Assembly: GCA_964612665.1 (NCBI GenBank)
Contig: CAZTCI010000001.1
Coordinates: 316,896-380,895 of the forward strand
Direction: 5' to 3'
DNA from: an uncultured Planctomycetales bacterium
Lineage (GTDB): Bacteria > Omnitrophota > Gorgyraeia > Zapsychrales > JAHFFX01
Length of the DNA: 64,000 nucleotides
The notes under the pieces were generated by a model. That model did no database searches, was not told the DNA's origin, and saw only the letters and a list, made by a program, of their open reading frames with translations. Position 1 is the stretch's first letter; every line of letters starts with the position of its first letter. The translations under genes were made by a program, and so were the position numbers. Shown here one piece after another: positions 39,550-48,157 of the stretch.

Positions 39550-40083
39550 ATGAAAAATACCTACCCCTTCTTGCGGGATGAAGTTGCCCTAACCGAAATC
39601 AGAAAACATAAATGGATTGAAAGCGAAAAGATCGGCCAAGAAATCGGCTTTGCCACCGCCGCCATGGATTGGATCCACAAATACGGAAAAGGCTGGCTAG
39701 CGTTTCACGGTAAAAAAGAAACGATTAATACGGTTTTTGCCGAACGCCGGCGGCACCGCCGTTTTCAGGTAAATCTTCCGATTGAAATCAAAAACGACCA
39801 AGATTGCATTACCAGCTACACTCAAGACGTCAATCTTATGGGAATCTCTTGTTTGATTCCAGTCTATATTTCACCCCAAATGAAAATGGAAATTGTCATC
39901 CATCCTCCGACGGGCGAAGCTTCTGTTGTCCGTCCCACTTTCCAATTTCCAAGCCAGGTCACGCGGATTTCACTGGTTGAAAAAGACCACTGGCCGCAGG
40001 GTTACCAAGTGTTCTTTCCTTTCAGCGAACAAGCGAGAGATTATTTAGAACACAATACCCAAATTTTTAACCAAAATAATTAA
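39550..40083 (+). CDS. PilZ-domain (c-di-GMP binding) protein with an uncharacterised N-terminal domain
   Basis: The C-terminal half has PilZ motifs (RRHRRF...QDVNLMGIS). The N-terminal roughly 70 aa (YPFLRDEVALTEIRKHKWIESEKIGQEIGF) has no assigned function. Confidence 0.65.
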   Translation: MKNTYPFLRDEVALTEIRKHKWIESEKIGQEIGFATAAMDWIHKYGKGWLAFHGKKETINTVFAERRRHRRFQVNLPIEIKNDQDCITSYTQDVNLMGISCLIPVYISPQMKMEIVIHPPTGEASVVRPTFQFPSQVTRISLVEKDHWPQGYQVFFPFSEQARDYLEHNTQIFNQNN

Positions 40084-40129
40084 TGGTTCATTAACAAAAG
40101 TTAGTCAGCCGCAAAATGGCCGGCCGCCG

Positions 40130-40966
40130 TTATTTTATAACGGAGGCCTTTTTAAATTCATCCCGGCAAGATAAACAACTGCATAAATCTCTCGATGCTA
40201 ATGGATGGAATCTGTCCTGCGGCCGCGGCAACGCCTTGCGGCAGAAATGACAATTAAAGTCAATCGAATAATTGATATGGTTAATCGGACAGCGTTCGCA
40301 TTCCGGTTTGGTCTTACAAATATCTTTGCCCAACTGCACAATAAGCGCGTGATATTCGTTAAAAAGTTGGATATCGGCTTTTAATTCGCGCATAAATTTA
40401 GCTTGGATCGCGTGGTAATCGGCTTGCGGCTCGATCAAACTGTGACGCAGCAAAATCCTTTTTGTATAATTATCGACGACAAAAATGGGTTTCTCCAATG
40501 CGTAAAGCAAAATGGAATCCGCTGTCTCAGGGCCGATACCGTTCACACTTAAAAGTTTTGGCCGCAATATTTTCAAATTTTCCTTCTTCATCAAATCCAA
40601 CCGCCCGCCGTATTCCTCAAATAGAAAATCCACAAAATTTTTTATCCGTCCGGCTTTCACATTGAAGTAACCAGCTGGTTTAATTGCCGCGGCCAGCTTA
40701 GACAGTGATGTTTTCTTTAAAGCCATCGGGCTTAAAAGATTTGCTTGGCCGAGATTTATGATCGCTTTCTCAACATTCTTCCAATTTGTGTTTTGGGTGA
40801 GAATAGCCCCGACGATAATTTCAAACGGCGTTTTGGCCGGCCACCAGGATTGCGGGCCAAACTTGGCAAAAAGATGTTCGAAAATTGTGTTGAGATACTT
40901 TTGAGAGGAAATTCTTTTAATGGCGGTGGCGGGACTTGGATCGCAGCATTTCTTCATATAAATCAT
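40130..40966 (-). CDS. endonuclease III-like HhH-GPD DNA glycosylase with a Cys-rich C-terminus
   Basis: HhH-GPD signature (LLSVNGIGPETADSILLYA...VVDNYTKRIL) and a C-terminal Cys cluster (CKTKPECERCP...CHFC). Confidence 0.7.
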   Translation of the reverse strand: MIYMKKCCDPSPATAIKRISSQKYLNTIFEHLFAKFGPQSWWPAKTPFEIIVGAILTQNTNWKNVEKAIINLGQANLLSPMALKKTSLSKLAAAIKPAGYFNVKAGRIKNFVDFLFEEYGGRLDLMKKENLKILRPKLLSVNGIGPETADSILLYALEKPIFVVDNYTKRILLRHSLIEPQADYHAIQAKFMRELKADIQLFNEYHALIVQLGKDICKTKPECERCPINHINYSIDFNCHFCRKALPRPQDRFHPLASRDLCSCLSCRDEFKKASVIK

Positions 40967-41072
40967 GTTCGGACCAATGTTCGTCTCTGTCTTTTTTTAT
41001 TTGCGGCTTGTCTTCGGTCATGAATTTCTTGGGATCGATGGGATATTTTTGTTTGCGGCTGTTGCGGCCCAT
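40917..41072 (-). CDS. 51-aa highly charged small ORF with a strong Shine-Dalgarno, overlapping the start of the nth-like gene
   Basis: The sequence AAGGAGG-N5-ATG precedes MGRNSRKQKYPIDPKKFMTEDKPQIKKDRDEHWSEHDLYEEMLRSKSRHRH. The ORF overlaps the first roughly 16 codons of the glycosylase gene in another frame. Confidence 0.25.
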   Translation of the reverse strand: MGRNSRKQKYPIDPKKFMTEDKPQIKKDRDEHWSEHDLYEEMLRSKSRHRH

Positions 41073-41149
41073 AGGAACCTCCTTAGGTAAGGGTTTCTTC
41101 TCTTAAAAGAAGTTTACCTCAACTCCCGGGACCAAGGCAACAAACAAAA

Positions 41150-41449
41150 TTAACCGAACTTGTAAACTTTGCAGATTTTTTCTAACACCTGCCAAGTGCA
41201 TTGAAGGCCGCGGGGAAAGACGACTAAATCGCCTTGGGTAATGAACATTTCTTCGTCGGGCGTTGTGACTCTTACTTTTCCTTCAAAAACATAAGCGGTT
41301 TCGGTTTCACTGTACTGCCAATTAAAGATGGAAGGTTCGCATTGCCAAACTGACCAGGGGCCTGAGCGGATTGGGGTTGAGGGAATAAGTAATTCCCTTT
41401 TTTGTTCTTCGGTTGGTTTTTCAATTTTGATTTTGGTGGTTACCATCAT
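41150..41449 (-). CDS. cupin-domain protein (cupin_3 / DUF861-like)
   Basis: 99 aa single cupin barrel (NWQYSETETAYVFEGKVRVTTPDEEMFITQGDLVVFPRG). Confidence 0.65.
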   Translation of the reverse strand: MMVTTKIKIEKPTEEQKRELLIPSTPIRSGPWSVWQCEPSIFNWQYSETETAYVFEGKVRVTTPDEEMFITQGDLVVFPRGLQCTWQVLEKICKVYKFG

Positions 41450-41873
41450 TAGTGCCTCCTTCGAGTTTCGCGCTTGGATCGTCGGAATTATCGCGCGGAT
41501 AATATTCCCAGCGCACTAATTTTTCTTGATTATCAAAATATAAGTAGACCTTAGGAGAGCCAAATTTTTGAGTCGAATAGCGGTAGAGCCATTGTGTTAG
41601 AGGTTGATCTTGGCTGGTAATCTCCCGGCTGACAATCGGGCGGCCGAATTCTTTGATAAAAGTTTTCTCGTCTTTGTAGGAAGCAATATTGTTGGCTTTA
41701 GCAACCCCTGACAACTTCTCGAAATTTTTGTTCTGCTTTTGAACAAAAATTTCTTGTCCGTCACGGTTTTCGGAAAGATCTTTCAGTCGTAAAAGTTCAT
41801 CCAAATGCGCCAGCTTGGCGCAGCCAGCGGAAGACAAAATGATTAATAAGACTAAAAGTTTTGGTCTACTCAT
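41421..41873 (-). CDS. hypothetical lipoprotein
   Basis: Lipobox LSSAGC after a signal peptide, with no recognised domain. The start is set at Met (MSRPKLLVLL). Confidence 0.45.
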   Translation of the reverse strand: MSRPKLLVLLIILSSAGCAKLAHLDELLRLKDLSENRDGQEIFVQKQNKNFEKLSGVAKANNIASYKDEKTFIKEFGRPIVSREITSQDQPLTQWLYRYSTQKFGSPKVYLYFDNQEKLVRWEYYPRDNSDDPSAKLEGGTNDGNHQNQN

Positions 41874-41996
41874 GCAGCTTACACTAACAAACAGCGCACA
41901 TCCTTCCAATCAAAATATCTAAAATTATGAAAACCCCCTCACCACCTCGGAGGTTCAACCAACCCATCTACACCTCCGGGGTGTAAATGGCTTCAA

Positions 41997-43949
41997 TCAA
42001 CTTATGGCCTTGGCAATCCGGTTACGTTCTTCGGTTAGCTCGTCGATCGTGTTAGCAATTTCACGGACGCGTTTTTGAATGAACTTCAGACGCTGACCGT
42101 ATTCTTTCAAAACTTCCGAATCGCGGCCGCTGAATGATTCCGACATCACGCGGGACTTAATATAACTTTCCGTCTCTAAATCTTTTTGTTCCTTCTCGAG
42201 CTTTTTGATTTCGTTTTTAATTTCTTCAACGCGTTTGCGGGCGAGCCTGTGCTGCTGATGGAACTCGGTCACAACCGGGCTTTCTTTGTTTTGTTTTTCT
42301 TTGTTTTCTTTCTTGAGCCGGTCACCTTCCTGTTTCAATTGCCGTTCTTTTTCTTTTGAATTCTGATCCCGCTCAGCTTTTTTATCCAGATAATAATCAA
42401 GCCCGCCGGGATAAGCCCTTAACTGGCCGTTCTCAACTTCAACAATATGATTGGCAATTTGTTTCACAAAAAACAAATCATGGCTAATAAAGCACAACGT
42501 TCCCTGATAAGCCTTGAAACATTGGGTTAACGCTTCAACTCCGTCGATGTCCAAATGCGTCGTAGGTTCATCCAGGCAAATAAAATTAGGGGGATTGATC
42601 AAAAGTTTCGCCAAGATCAACCGGCTCTTCTCACCTCCTGACAAAACTTTGACCTGCTTGAAAACATCGTCTCCGCGAAAATTAAAGACGCCCAAAAGCG
42701 TTCTCACTTGAGTCGCTGCAATACTCCCCGCCGCGGAACTCGCTACTTCATCAAAAGCCGTGCGCTCCGCATTAAGAACATCAAGCCGGGTCTGGGAAAA
42801 GTAACCTAAATTAACTTGATAACCCAACTTCCTAACGCCGGAATCCTGAGGCACCGCGCCCGCGATCATTTTAAGCAAAGTAGATTTTCCAGCGCCGTTC
42901 GGACCGACCAAACAAACCTTCTGACCTTTAGCGATTTCAAGATTCATGTCCTCATAAACTTTTTTATCGCCGTAGGATTTATAAATCTTATCCAGTGTAA
43001 TCACGACATAACCGCTTTCACGCGTGGCGGGGAATTCAAAATCTTTAATACTTACACGTTCCTCAGGAAGTTCAATTTCTTCAAGCCGCTCGAGTTGTTT
43101 GCGTTTATTGCGCACGGCTGAGGCTTTATTCGGCTGAGCGTGAAAGCGTTCCGCAAATCGTTCGAGCTGTTCGCGTTTTTTGTCGACGACCTTCTTTTGT
43201 TTTTCGAGCGAACGGTAGCGTTCTTCCTTCACCCGCTCATATTCTTCATAATTTCCTTTAATCTTCGTCATGTGCCCGTGTTCTAGAACAATCGTATAAT
43301 TGGTGATCTCATTTAAGAAAATTTTGTCGTGCGAAATGATGACAAGCGTGCCTTTATAATTTTTCAAATAATCCTTAAGCCAAATCGTCGCGTTTAAATC
43401 CAAATAATTCGTAGGCTCATCGAGCAAGAGAAGATCATATTGATACGTTAAAAGTTTTGCCAAAAGCGTGCGCATCTGCCATCCGCCGCTTAGATGCACA
43501 ATCGGACGATGGAAGTCTTCTTCTTTAAAACCCAGCCCGGATAAAATTTTCTCGGCTTTATGTTCGAGTTCATAAAGCCCCAGCACTTCAAGTTCATGAA
43601 GAATATCGCCGTAACGCAGGCTATCGGCCTGATTCTTATCTTCTAATTCGCGCTTCTCTGCTTTTAGTTTCACAATCTGTTCGTCGCCTTCGGTGAGTTC
43701 ATCCAAAACTGTACGGTTCGAATCAAACCGCGCTTCCTGCGGCAGGAAACCAATCTTCAGATTTTTTTGAATTTGAACATCTCCTGACGTGGGTTCCATT
43801 TGCCGGAGGATGATAGAAAAAAGCGTCGTCTTACCCGTACCATTAGGCCCGGTCAAACCAATTTTTTCATTGGGATAAATACTGATGGATACATTTTCCA
43901 AAAGCATGCGCTGGTTGAAATTTTTAGAAAGATTTGTGATGGTGACCAT
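41997..43949 (-). CDS. ABC-F family ATPase (Uup/YheS-like) with a C-terminal coiled-coil domain
   Basis: Two ABC domains (GPNGTGKTT, GPNGAGKST; LSGGWQ, LSGGEK) and no TM domain, with a lysine- and glutamate-rich C-terminal extension. Confidence 0.9.
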   Translation of the reverse strand: MVTITNLSKNFNQRMLLENVSISIYPNEKIGLTGPNGTGKTTLFSIILRQMEPTSGDVQIQKNLKIGFLPQEARFDSNRTVLDELTEGDEQIVKLKAEKRELEDKNQADSLRYGDILHELEVLGLYELEHKAEKILSGLGFKEEDFHRPIVHLSGGWQMRTLLAKLLTYQYDLLLLDEPTNYLDLNATIWLKDYLKNYKGTLVIISHDKIFLNEITNYTIVLEHGHMTKIKGNYEEYERVKEERYRSLEKQKKVVDKKREQLERFAERFHAQPNKASAVRNKRKQLERLEEIELPEERVSIKDFEFPATRESGYVVITLDKIYKSYGDKKVYEDMNLEIAKGQKVCLVGPNGAGKSTLLKMIAGAVPQDSGVRKLGYQVNLGYFSQTRLDVLNAERTAFDEVASSAAGSIAATQVRTLLGVFNFRGDDVFKQVKVLSGGEKSRLILAKLLINPPNFICLDEPTTHLDIDGVEALTQCFKAYQGTLCFISHDLFFVKQIANHIVEVENGQLRAYPGGLDYYLDKKAERDQNSKEKERQLKQEGDRLKKENKEKQNKESPVVTEFHQQHRLARKRVEEIKNEIKKLEKEQKDLETESYIKSRVMSESFSGRDSEVLKEYGQRLKFIQKRVREIANTIDELTEERNRIAKAIS

Positions 43950-43970
43950 AATTTAGAATTTATTTAACGC

Positions 43971-44137
43971 GAGTTCGATATAAGAAAGAAACCGAACTTT
44001 GGTAAGGAAATAATGGGCTGATTCCGTTCGGGGAGAATCCAATTTTTCTAATATTTGAGGAAATTGGCTTCTCACTCACTTCATCAGCCCATTATTTCCG
44101 CGCAAAACCAATCTTTCCATTTATATCGAACTCACGT
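43971..44137 (-). promoter_or_regulatory. triple-nested palindromic leader element containing a 14-codon uORF, upstream of the ABC-F gene
   Basis: Outer stem gagttcgatataa / ttatatcgaactc (17 of 18 bp when extended), middle stem ggaaataatgggctgat / atcagcccattatttcc (17 of 17), and inner stem gagaatccaattt / aaattggcttctc (12 of 13). On the minus strand the uORF ATGGAAAGATTGGTTTTGCGCGGAAATAATGGGCTGATGAAGTGA (MERLVLRGNNGLMK) starts exactly at the 3' end of the outer-stem arm. Confidence 0.4.
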
Positions 44138-44218
44138 TATTTATTAATAAGCTTCCGGCCTCAAGCCACAGGCTTCATAAGCGGTGCAGCATGCGACTTA
44201 AAGCTTGAGACGACGGGC

Positions 44219-44971
44219 TTAATATTTAACCCTAATCCCAGTCTGAACCTTTTTCAATAATCCGATTTCTTGCGGCGCCATAAACCGCCAGCTTCCTCGT
44301 CGTAAAGTGCCCAGTTCAATCGGCCCCTGCTGAAGACGTTTCAGATAAATCACCTTGTGCCCGACGGCTAAAAGCATTAATCGGATTTGGCGTTTGTGTC
44401 CTTCGTGAATGGTGATCGTGAATTCGCTTCCGCCGCCGATCGGCTTAAAGCGTTCGATTTTTGCCGGCGCGGTTGCATAAGAAGGTTCGTCAGTTTCATT
44501 GTTCGTTTGAATATAAATTCCTTTTTCCAGTTTTAATTTTTGTTCAGGTTTAAGCAGACCGTCAATTTTGACATAATATGTTTTATCCACATTAAATTTA
44601 GGATGCGTGAGCTGAAAAGCCACGTCGCCATCGTTCGTCAACAAAAGAAGTCCTTCGGTGTTTTTATCCAAACGCCCGACGGGAGAAAGATGTCGCAGGG
44701 TCGGCGGCAGCAATTCCATAACAGTGCTTTCGCGGTGTTTATCGGTTGTGGTGGTCACATAACCCTCCGGCTTGTTTAACAAAACATATTCATATTTTTT
44801 TGCCTGAACCCTTTTGCCATCGACCATCACCTGATCTTTATCCGGATCAACCGCCCACGAGGGTTCTTTTACAATCTGCCGATTGACATGAACCCGCCCG
44901 TGTTGGATTAATTCCATCGCTTTCCGACGGGAACAGACACCGTTGTGGGATAGGTAGACTTGGAGACGCAT
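44219..44971 (-). CDS. rluB: RNA pseudouridine synthase of the RsuA/RluB family
   Basis: N-terminal S4 domain (MRLQVYLSHNGVCSRRKAMELIQHGRVHVN) and pseudouridine-synthase catalytic Asp motif (VGRLDKNTEGLLLLTNDG). Confidence 0.85.
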   Translation of the reverse strand: MRLQVYLSHNGVCSRRKAMELIQHGRVHVNRQIVKEPSWAVDPDKDQVMVDGKRVQAKKYEYVLLNKPEGYVTTTTDKHRESTVMELLPPTLRHLSPVGRLDKNTEGLLLLTNDGDVAFQLTHPKFNVDKTYYVKIDGLLKPEQKLKLEKGIYIQTNNETDEPSYATAPAKIERFKPIGGGSEFTITIHEGHKRQIRLMLLAVGHKVIYLKRLQQGPIELGTLRRGSWRFMAPQEIGLLKKVQTGIRVKY

Positions 44972-45052
44972 TTTTATCTCTTAAAACATGGGACGAAGGA
45001 CGTAAGGATGTAGGACGTAGACGTCCAACGTGCTAACGTCCCACGTCCTACA

Positions 45053-45853
45053 TTAAACGCTCCTCTGCCGAATTGCCTCATAAATCAAAATAGCCGCTGA
45101 CGTCGAGACGTTCAACGAATCCGCCATGCCGCGCATCGGGATTTTTAAACTCAAATGCGCTTGTTTAATCCAAAATTTACTCAAGCCGTGATGTTCTTCA
45201 CCAAAAGCCAGCGCCAGCGGATTCTTGAGATTGGCTTTAGTGTAAATCAATTTACCGTCGGGTTTCGCAGCACCTATAGTTATTTTTCTTTGCTTAAAGA
45301 ATTTCAAAATGTCTTCTTCTTGAGCTTCGATAACCGGAATGTTAAAAATCGTTCCCAAACTCGCACGAATTACGTTTGGATTAAAAATATCCGTCTGACA
45401 GCGGCAAACAAACAAAGCATCTACGCCAGCCGCGTCACTCGTCCTTAAAATCGCGCCTAAGTTTCCCGGCTTTTCTAAAGCTTCAAGCACAATATAAAGT
45501 GGACTTTCAGCAATCGTTAAGTCCTCAATCTTTCTCACCGGCGGCTGAACCACGGCCACAATGCCTTCCAACCTGTCACCAAAAGAAAGTTTCGCCAAAA
45601 CTTGTTTCGTCACTTCAAAAACATCCAGCCCGCTTCGCAAGAATTCCTTTTCAAATGCTCCGCTATGACTCTTCTCAAGGATTTCTGGGCACACAAAAAT
45701 CTTTTTAAAAGGAACCCCCGCTTGCTTCGCGGTCATCACTTCCCGAAAACCGTCGACGATCGTCAGTCCTGTTATTTTACGCTCTTTGCTTTCGCGAAGC
45801 GCGATTGTTTTTTTGATTTGAGGATTGTTGGTGCTGGAAATTTTAGAAAGCAT
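45053..45853 (-). CDS. TrmH/SpoU-family RNA 2'-O-methyltransferase (RlmB-like)
   Basis: SPOUT methyltransferase motifs (LEALEKPGNLGAILRTSDAAGVDALF, LAFGEEHHGLS, IPMRGMADSLNVSTSAAILIYE). The start is set at the internal ATG (MLSKISS). The longer ORF would begin with GTG inside a GC-rich structured block. Confidence 0.8.
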   Translation of the reverse strand: MLSKISSTNNPQIKKTIALRESKERKITGLTIVDGFREVMTAKQAGVPFKKIFVCPEILEKSHSGAFEKEFLRSGLDVFEVTKQVLAKLSFGDRLEGIVAVVQPPVRKIEDLTIAESPLYIVLEALEKPGNLGAILRTSDAAGVDALFVCRCQTDIFNPNVIRASLGTIFNIPVIEAQEEDILKFFKQRKITIGAAKPDGKLIYTKANLKNPLALAFGEEHHGLSKFWIKQAHLSLKIPMRGMADSLNVSTSAAILIYEAIRQRSV

Positions 45854-45876
45854 ATGTAGTCTTTTTCTAGAAGTCA

Positions 45877-45997
45877 TCTCATAAATGGCATTGAGCGGGC
45901 AGCACGGCGAGCCGATTGTGGGAGGATCCACACTGGGCCGGAGGGGCCCACAAGCGGGTTCCGTGACAGGACCCGCTGTCTTCGGCTATTTATGAGA
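45877..45997. ncRNA. candidate structured noncoding RNA element of unknown class (approximate coordinates)
   Basis: About 120 nt bounded by complementary ends tctcataaatggc ... ggctatttatgaga. These enclose a block with GC far above the local background, carrying local hairpins (gcgggt-N11-acccgc; gggcc-ggag-gggccc; tgtgg-gaggat-ccaca). It lies in the 225-nt gap between the GH5 gene and the methyltransferase gene. Confidence 0.3.
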
Positions 45998-46077
45998 TAC
46001 GTTCTAATTATACGTCGGTCGTGGAATTCGTCGTTTTAGTTTTTAAAAAAACGAACGACAATTATCGACAATAAACT

Positions 46078-47295
46078 TTACGCACCCTTAACAGCTTCTC
46101 TTAATAGATCCAAAATAGGTTTGTTGTGATTAAAATTCTTTGAATCCCACGAATTCATAATCTCTTCTTTTTTCTCCGGCCACAAAAACCGGTACGTGTC
46201 CCAGCCCATCCGCGGCCCTGGACGGTTGACCCATGGTGAATTCGGCATATAGCTTAATATACCGTCGGGGAAAAGGCTATTCTTAATGGCTTTGTAAGTC
46301 CAGTAAGTCCAATGAAAATCAAATTCTTTAAAACAAGCCAACATGTCTTTTAACCAATGCGCTTCGCCGTAAATCCCTTCACGGTAATTGACCCCAAACT
46401 CACCGACAAAAATCGGGCGCTTTAACTTCTGCGCGGTTTTGGCGTAATCACCCAAAAAGTTTTGCATGACTTTCCTATCATAACTTCCTTGATTTGAGCT
46501 CAACGGATAATATAAATGGGGAACGAAATTAAAAGTAAATTCCAGCGGGTTATAACAATGAATACTCAAAACCAAATTGTCATCGGTAAATTTATCCAAA
46601 CTTTTTATATCAATGGCCCAGGTGTTTCCTTCGACGAACAAAATGTGGTTTTTGTCAACCCGACGGATTGTCTTGATGACTTGCTGATAAAACTGATTCA
46701 ATATTTTTGTGTCGGCAATTACAGCTTCATTTAAAACATCATATCCGGCGACGGCGGGTTCATCTTTAAATTCATCTGCCAAAAATTCCCACAGCGCAAA
46801 TGTTCGCTTCTGAAATTCTTTGTCCTTCCATAATAAAGCCTCACCCAAACTGTCCGAATGCCAATCATGATTTTGCGCGCCGCACGCGCCATGCAAATCC
46901 AAAATAACCCAGAGTTTATATCTTCCGGCCCATTGCACAACTGTTTTAAGATAACTCAACCCATTTTTATCATAACGGTAAGGTTCTTTTTCAATCAAAC
47001 GGTGGTTGAAAGGAACGCGCAGAACATTAAATCCACAATCGGCTAAGAATTTAAAATCATTCTCAGTGATAAATCGTCGTCGGAATTCTCTTTCAAACTG
47101 ACGCAGCGCCGGTTCACCCAAGGTTTCGGCAAAGTTCTTTTTAAAGACTTGTTCGGCGATGTTAGGCGCATGCAGAATATATCCTTCCATCATCAACCAG
47201 CCGCCTAAATTGGCTCCGCGGAGAATAATTTCCTTGGCGTGGTTTTTAATTGAGGTTCCGCTGACTTCTAAAAATTTAGGTCTGTTGACTGTCAT
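46078..47295 (-). CDS. glycoside hydrolase family 5 (cellulase/mannanase-like)
   Basis: GH5 (beta/alpha)8 signatures, including the NEP acid/base motif (DVLNEAV) and the nucleophile region (FVGEFG). Confidence 0.8.
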   Translation of the reverse strand: MTVNRPKFLEVSGTSIKNHAKEIILRGANLGGWLMMEGYILHAPNIAEQVFKKNFAETLGEPALRQFEREFRRRFITENDFKFLADCGFNVLRVPFNHRLIEKEPYRYDKNGLSYLKTVVQWAGRYKLWVILDLHGACGAQNHDWHSDSLGEALLWKDKEFQKRTFALWEFLADEFKDEPAVAGYDVLNEAVIADTKILNQFYQQVIKTIRRVDKNHILFVEGNTWAIDIKSLDKFTDDNLVLSIHCYNPLEFTFNFVPHLYYPLSSNQGSYDRKVMQNFLGDYAKTAQKLKRPIFVGEFGVNYREGIYGEAHWLKDMLACFKEFDFHWTYWTYKAIKNSLFPDGILSYMPNSPWVNRPGPRMGWDTYRFLWPEKKEEIMNSWDSKNFNHNKPILDLLREAVKGA

Positions 47296-47356
47296 ATCCG
47301 CTCAAAAAATAACTGTTCTTTCTCGTGTGAAAGAACAGTTCGTGTGAAATCATTGA

Positions 47357-48157
47357 TTATAAGTAACGCTTTAGAAATTGCGTTATTCCTTTGCCCCAGA
47401 TATCCTGAGAAAAAATGTGGCTGTCGTTATGCCCGCCTTTGACTTCTAAAAATTCTTTGGGGTTCGGGGCTTTTTCATATAATTTGCGGCCTAATTCAAT
47501 TGGCACAAGATTATCTTCAGAGCTGTGGATAAATAATTTTGGCATCATCAGATTTTGGATTTTGGTCATCGAGTCCATCTTGGTTTGTAAAAGACACGAC
47601 GGAATATAAGGATACATTCTCTTCGCCATATCAGCGGCGGAACTAAACGTCGAATCGATGATCAATCCATGGACCGGCCGTTTGGTTGCTAAATCAACAG
47701 CGACAACACCGCCCAGCGACGCTCCATAAACGACAATTTTATCCGTCTTGATATCCGAACGGCTTATCAAAAAATCATAAGCCGCTTGCGCGTCTTCATA
47801 AACGCCATGCTCCGACGGGCGGCCCGTACTTCGGCCATAACCGCGGTAATCAATGATAAAAATATTCAGACCCATTTTGTAAAACAATTCAATCTTGTCC
47901 AAACGGTCGGTCATGTTTCCGGCATTACCGTGGAGATAAAGCAAAGTGATTTTGGCGTGGCGGTTTTTAATCAGCCAGCCGTTAATAGAAACGTTGTCTT
48001 TGGTTTTGAAATAAATATCTTCGAAATTAAGACGCAGGGCCTGAGGGGTCGCGATAATCTGCCGGTTGGGATGAAAAACAGAAATGGACTCAAGGTAGCG
48101 CACATAGGCTACAAAACTTAAAAATAAAATAAAAAGAATGATAAGTGCGTTTTTCAT
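47357..48157 (-). CDS. alpha/beta-hydrolase fold protein (S9/dienelactone-hydrolase-like), membrane anchored
   Basis: N-terminal TM segment, nucleophile elbow GASLGG, and downstream Asp/His residues. Confidence 0.75.
   Translation of the reverse strand: MKNALIILFILFLSFVAYVRYLESISVFHPNRQIIATPQALRLNFEDIYFKTKDNVSINGWLIKNRHAKITLLYLHGNAGNMTDRLDKIELFYKMGLNIFIIDYRGYGRSTGRPSEHGVYEDAQAAYDFLISRSDIKTDKIVVYGASLGGVVAVDLATKRPVHGLIIDSTFSSAADMAKRMYPYIPSCLLQTKMDSMTKIQNLMMPKLFIHSSEDNLVPIELGRKLYEKAPNPKEFLEVKGGHNDSHIFSQDIWGKGITQFLKRYL

Noticed and set aside
45877-45997. Assignment of the structured block as SRP (4.5S) RNA or 6S RNA
   Set aside because: Length and end-pairing are SRP-like. However, I cannot find the conserved helix-8 motifs (GGAA/GNRA tetraloop flanked by the AGCAGC / GGAAG symmetric loop) on either strand. 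The element folds better as several short hairpins than as one long helix. It is left as an unclassified candidate.
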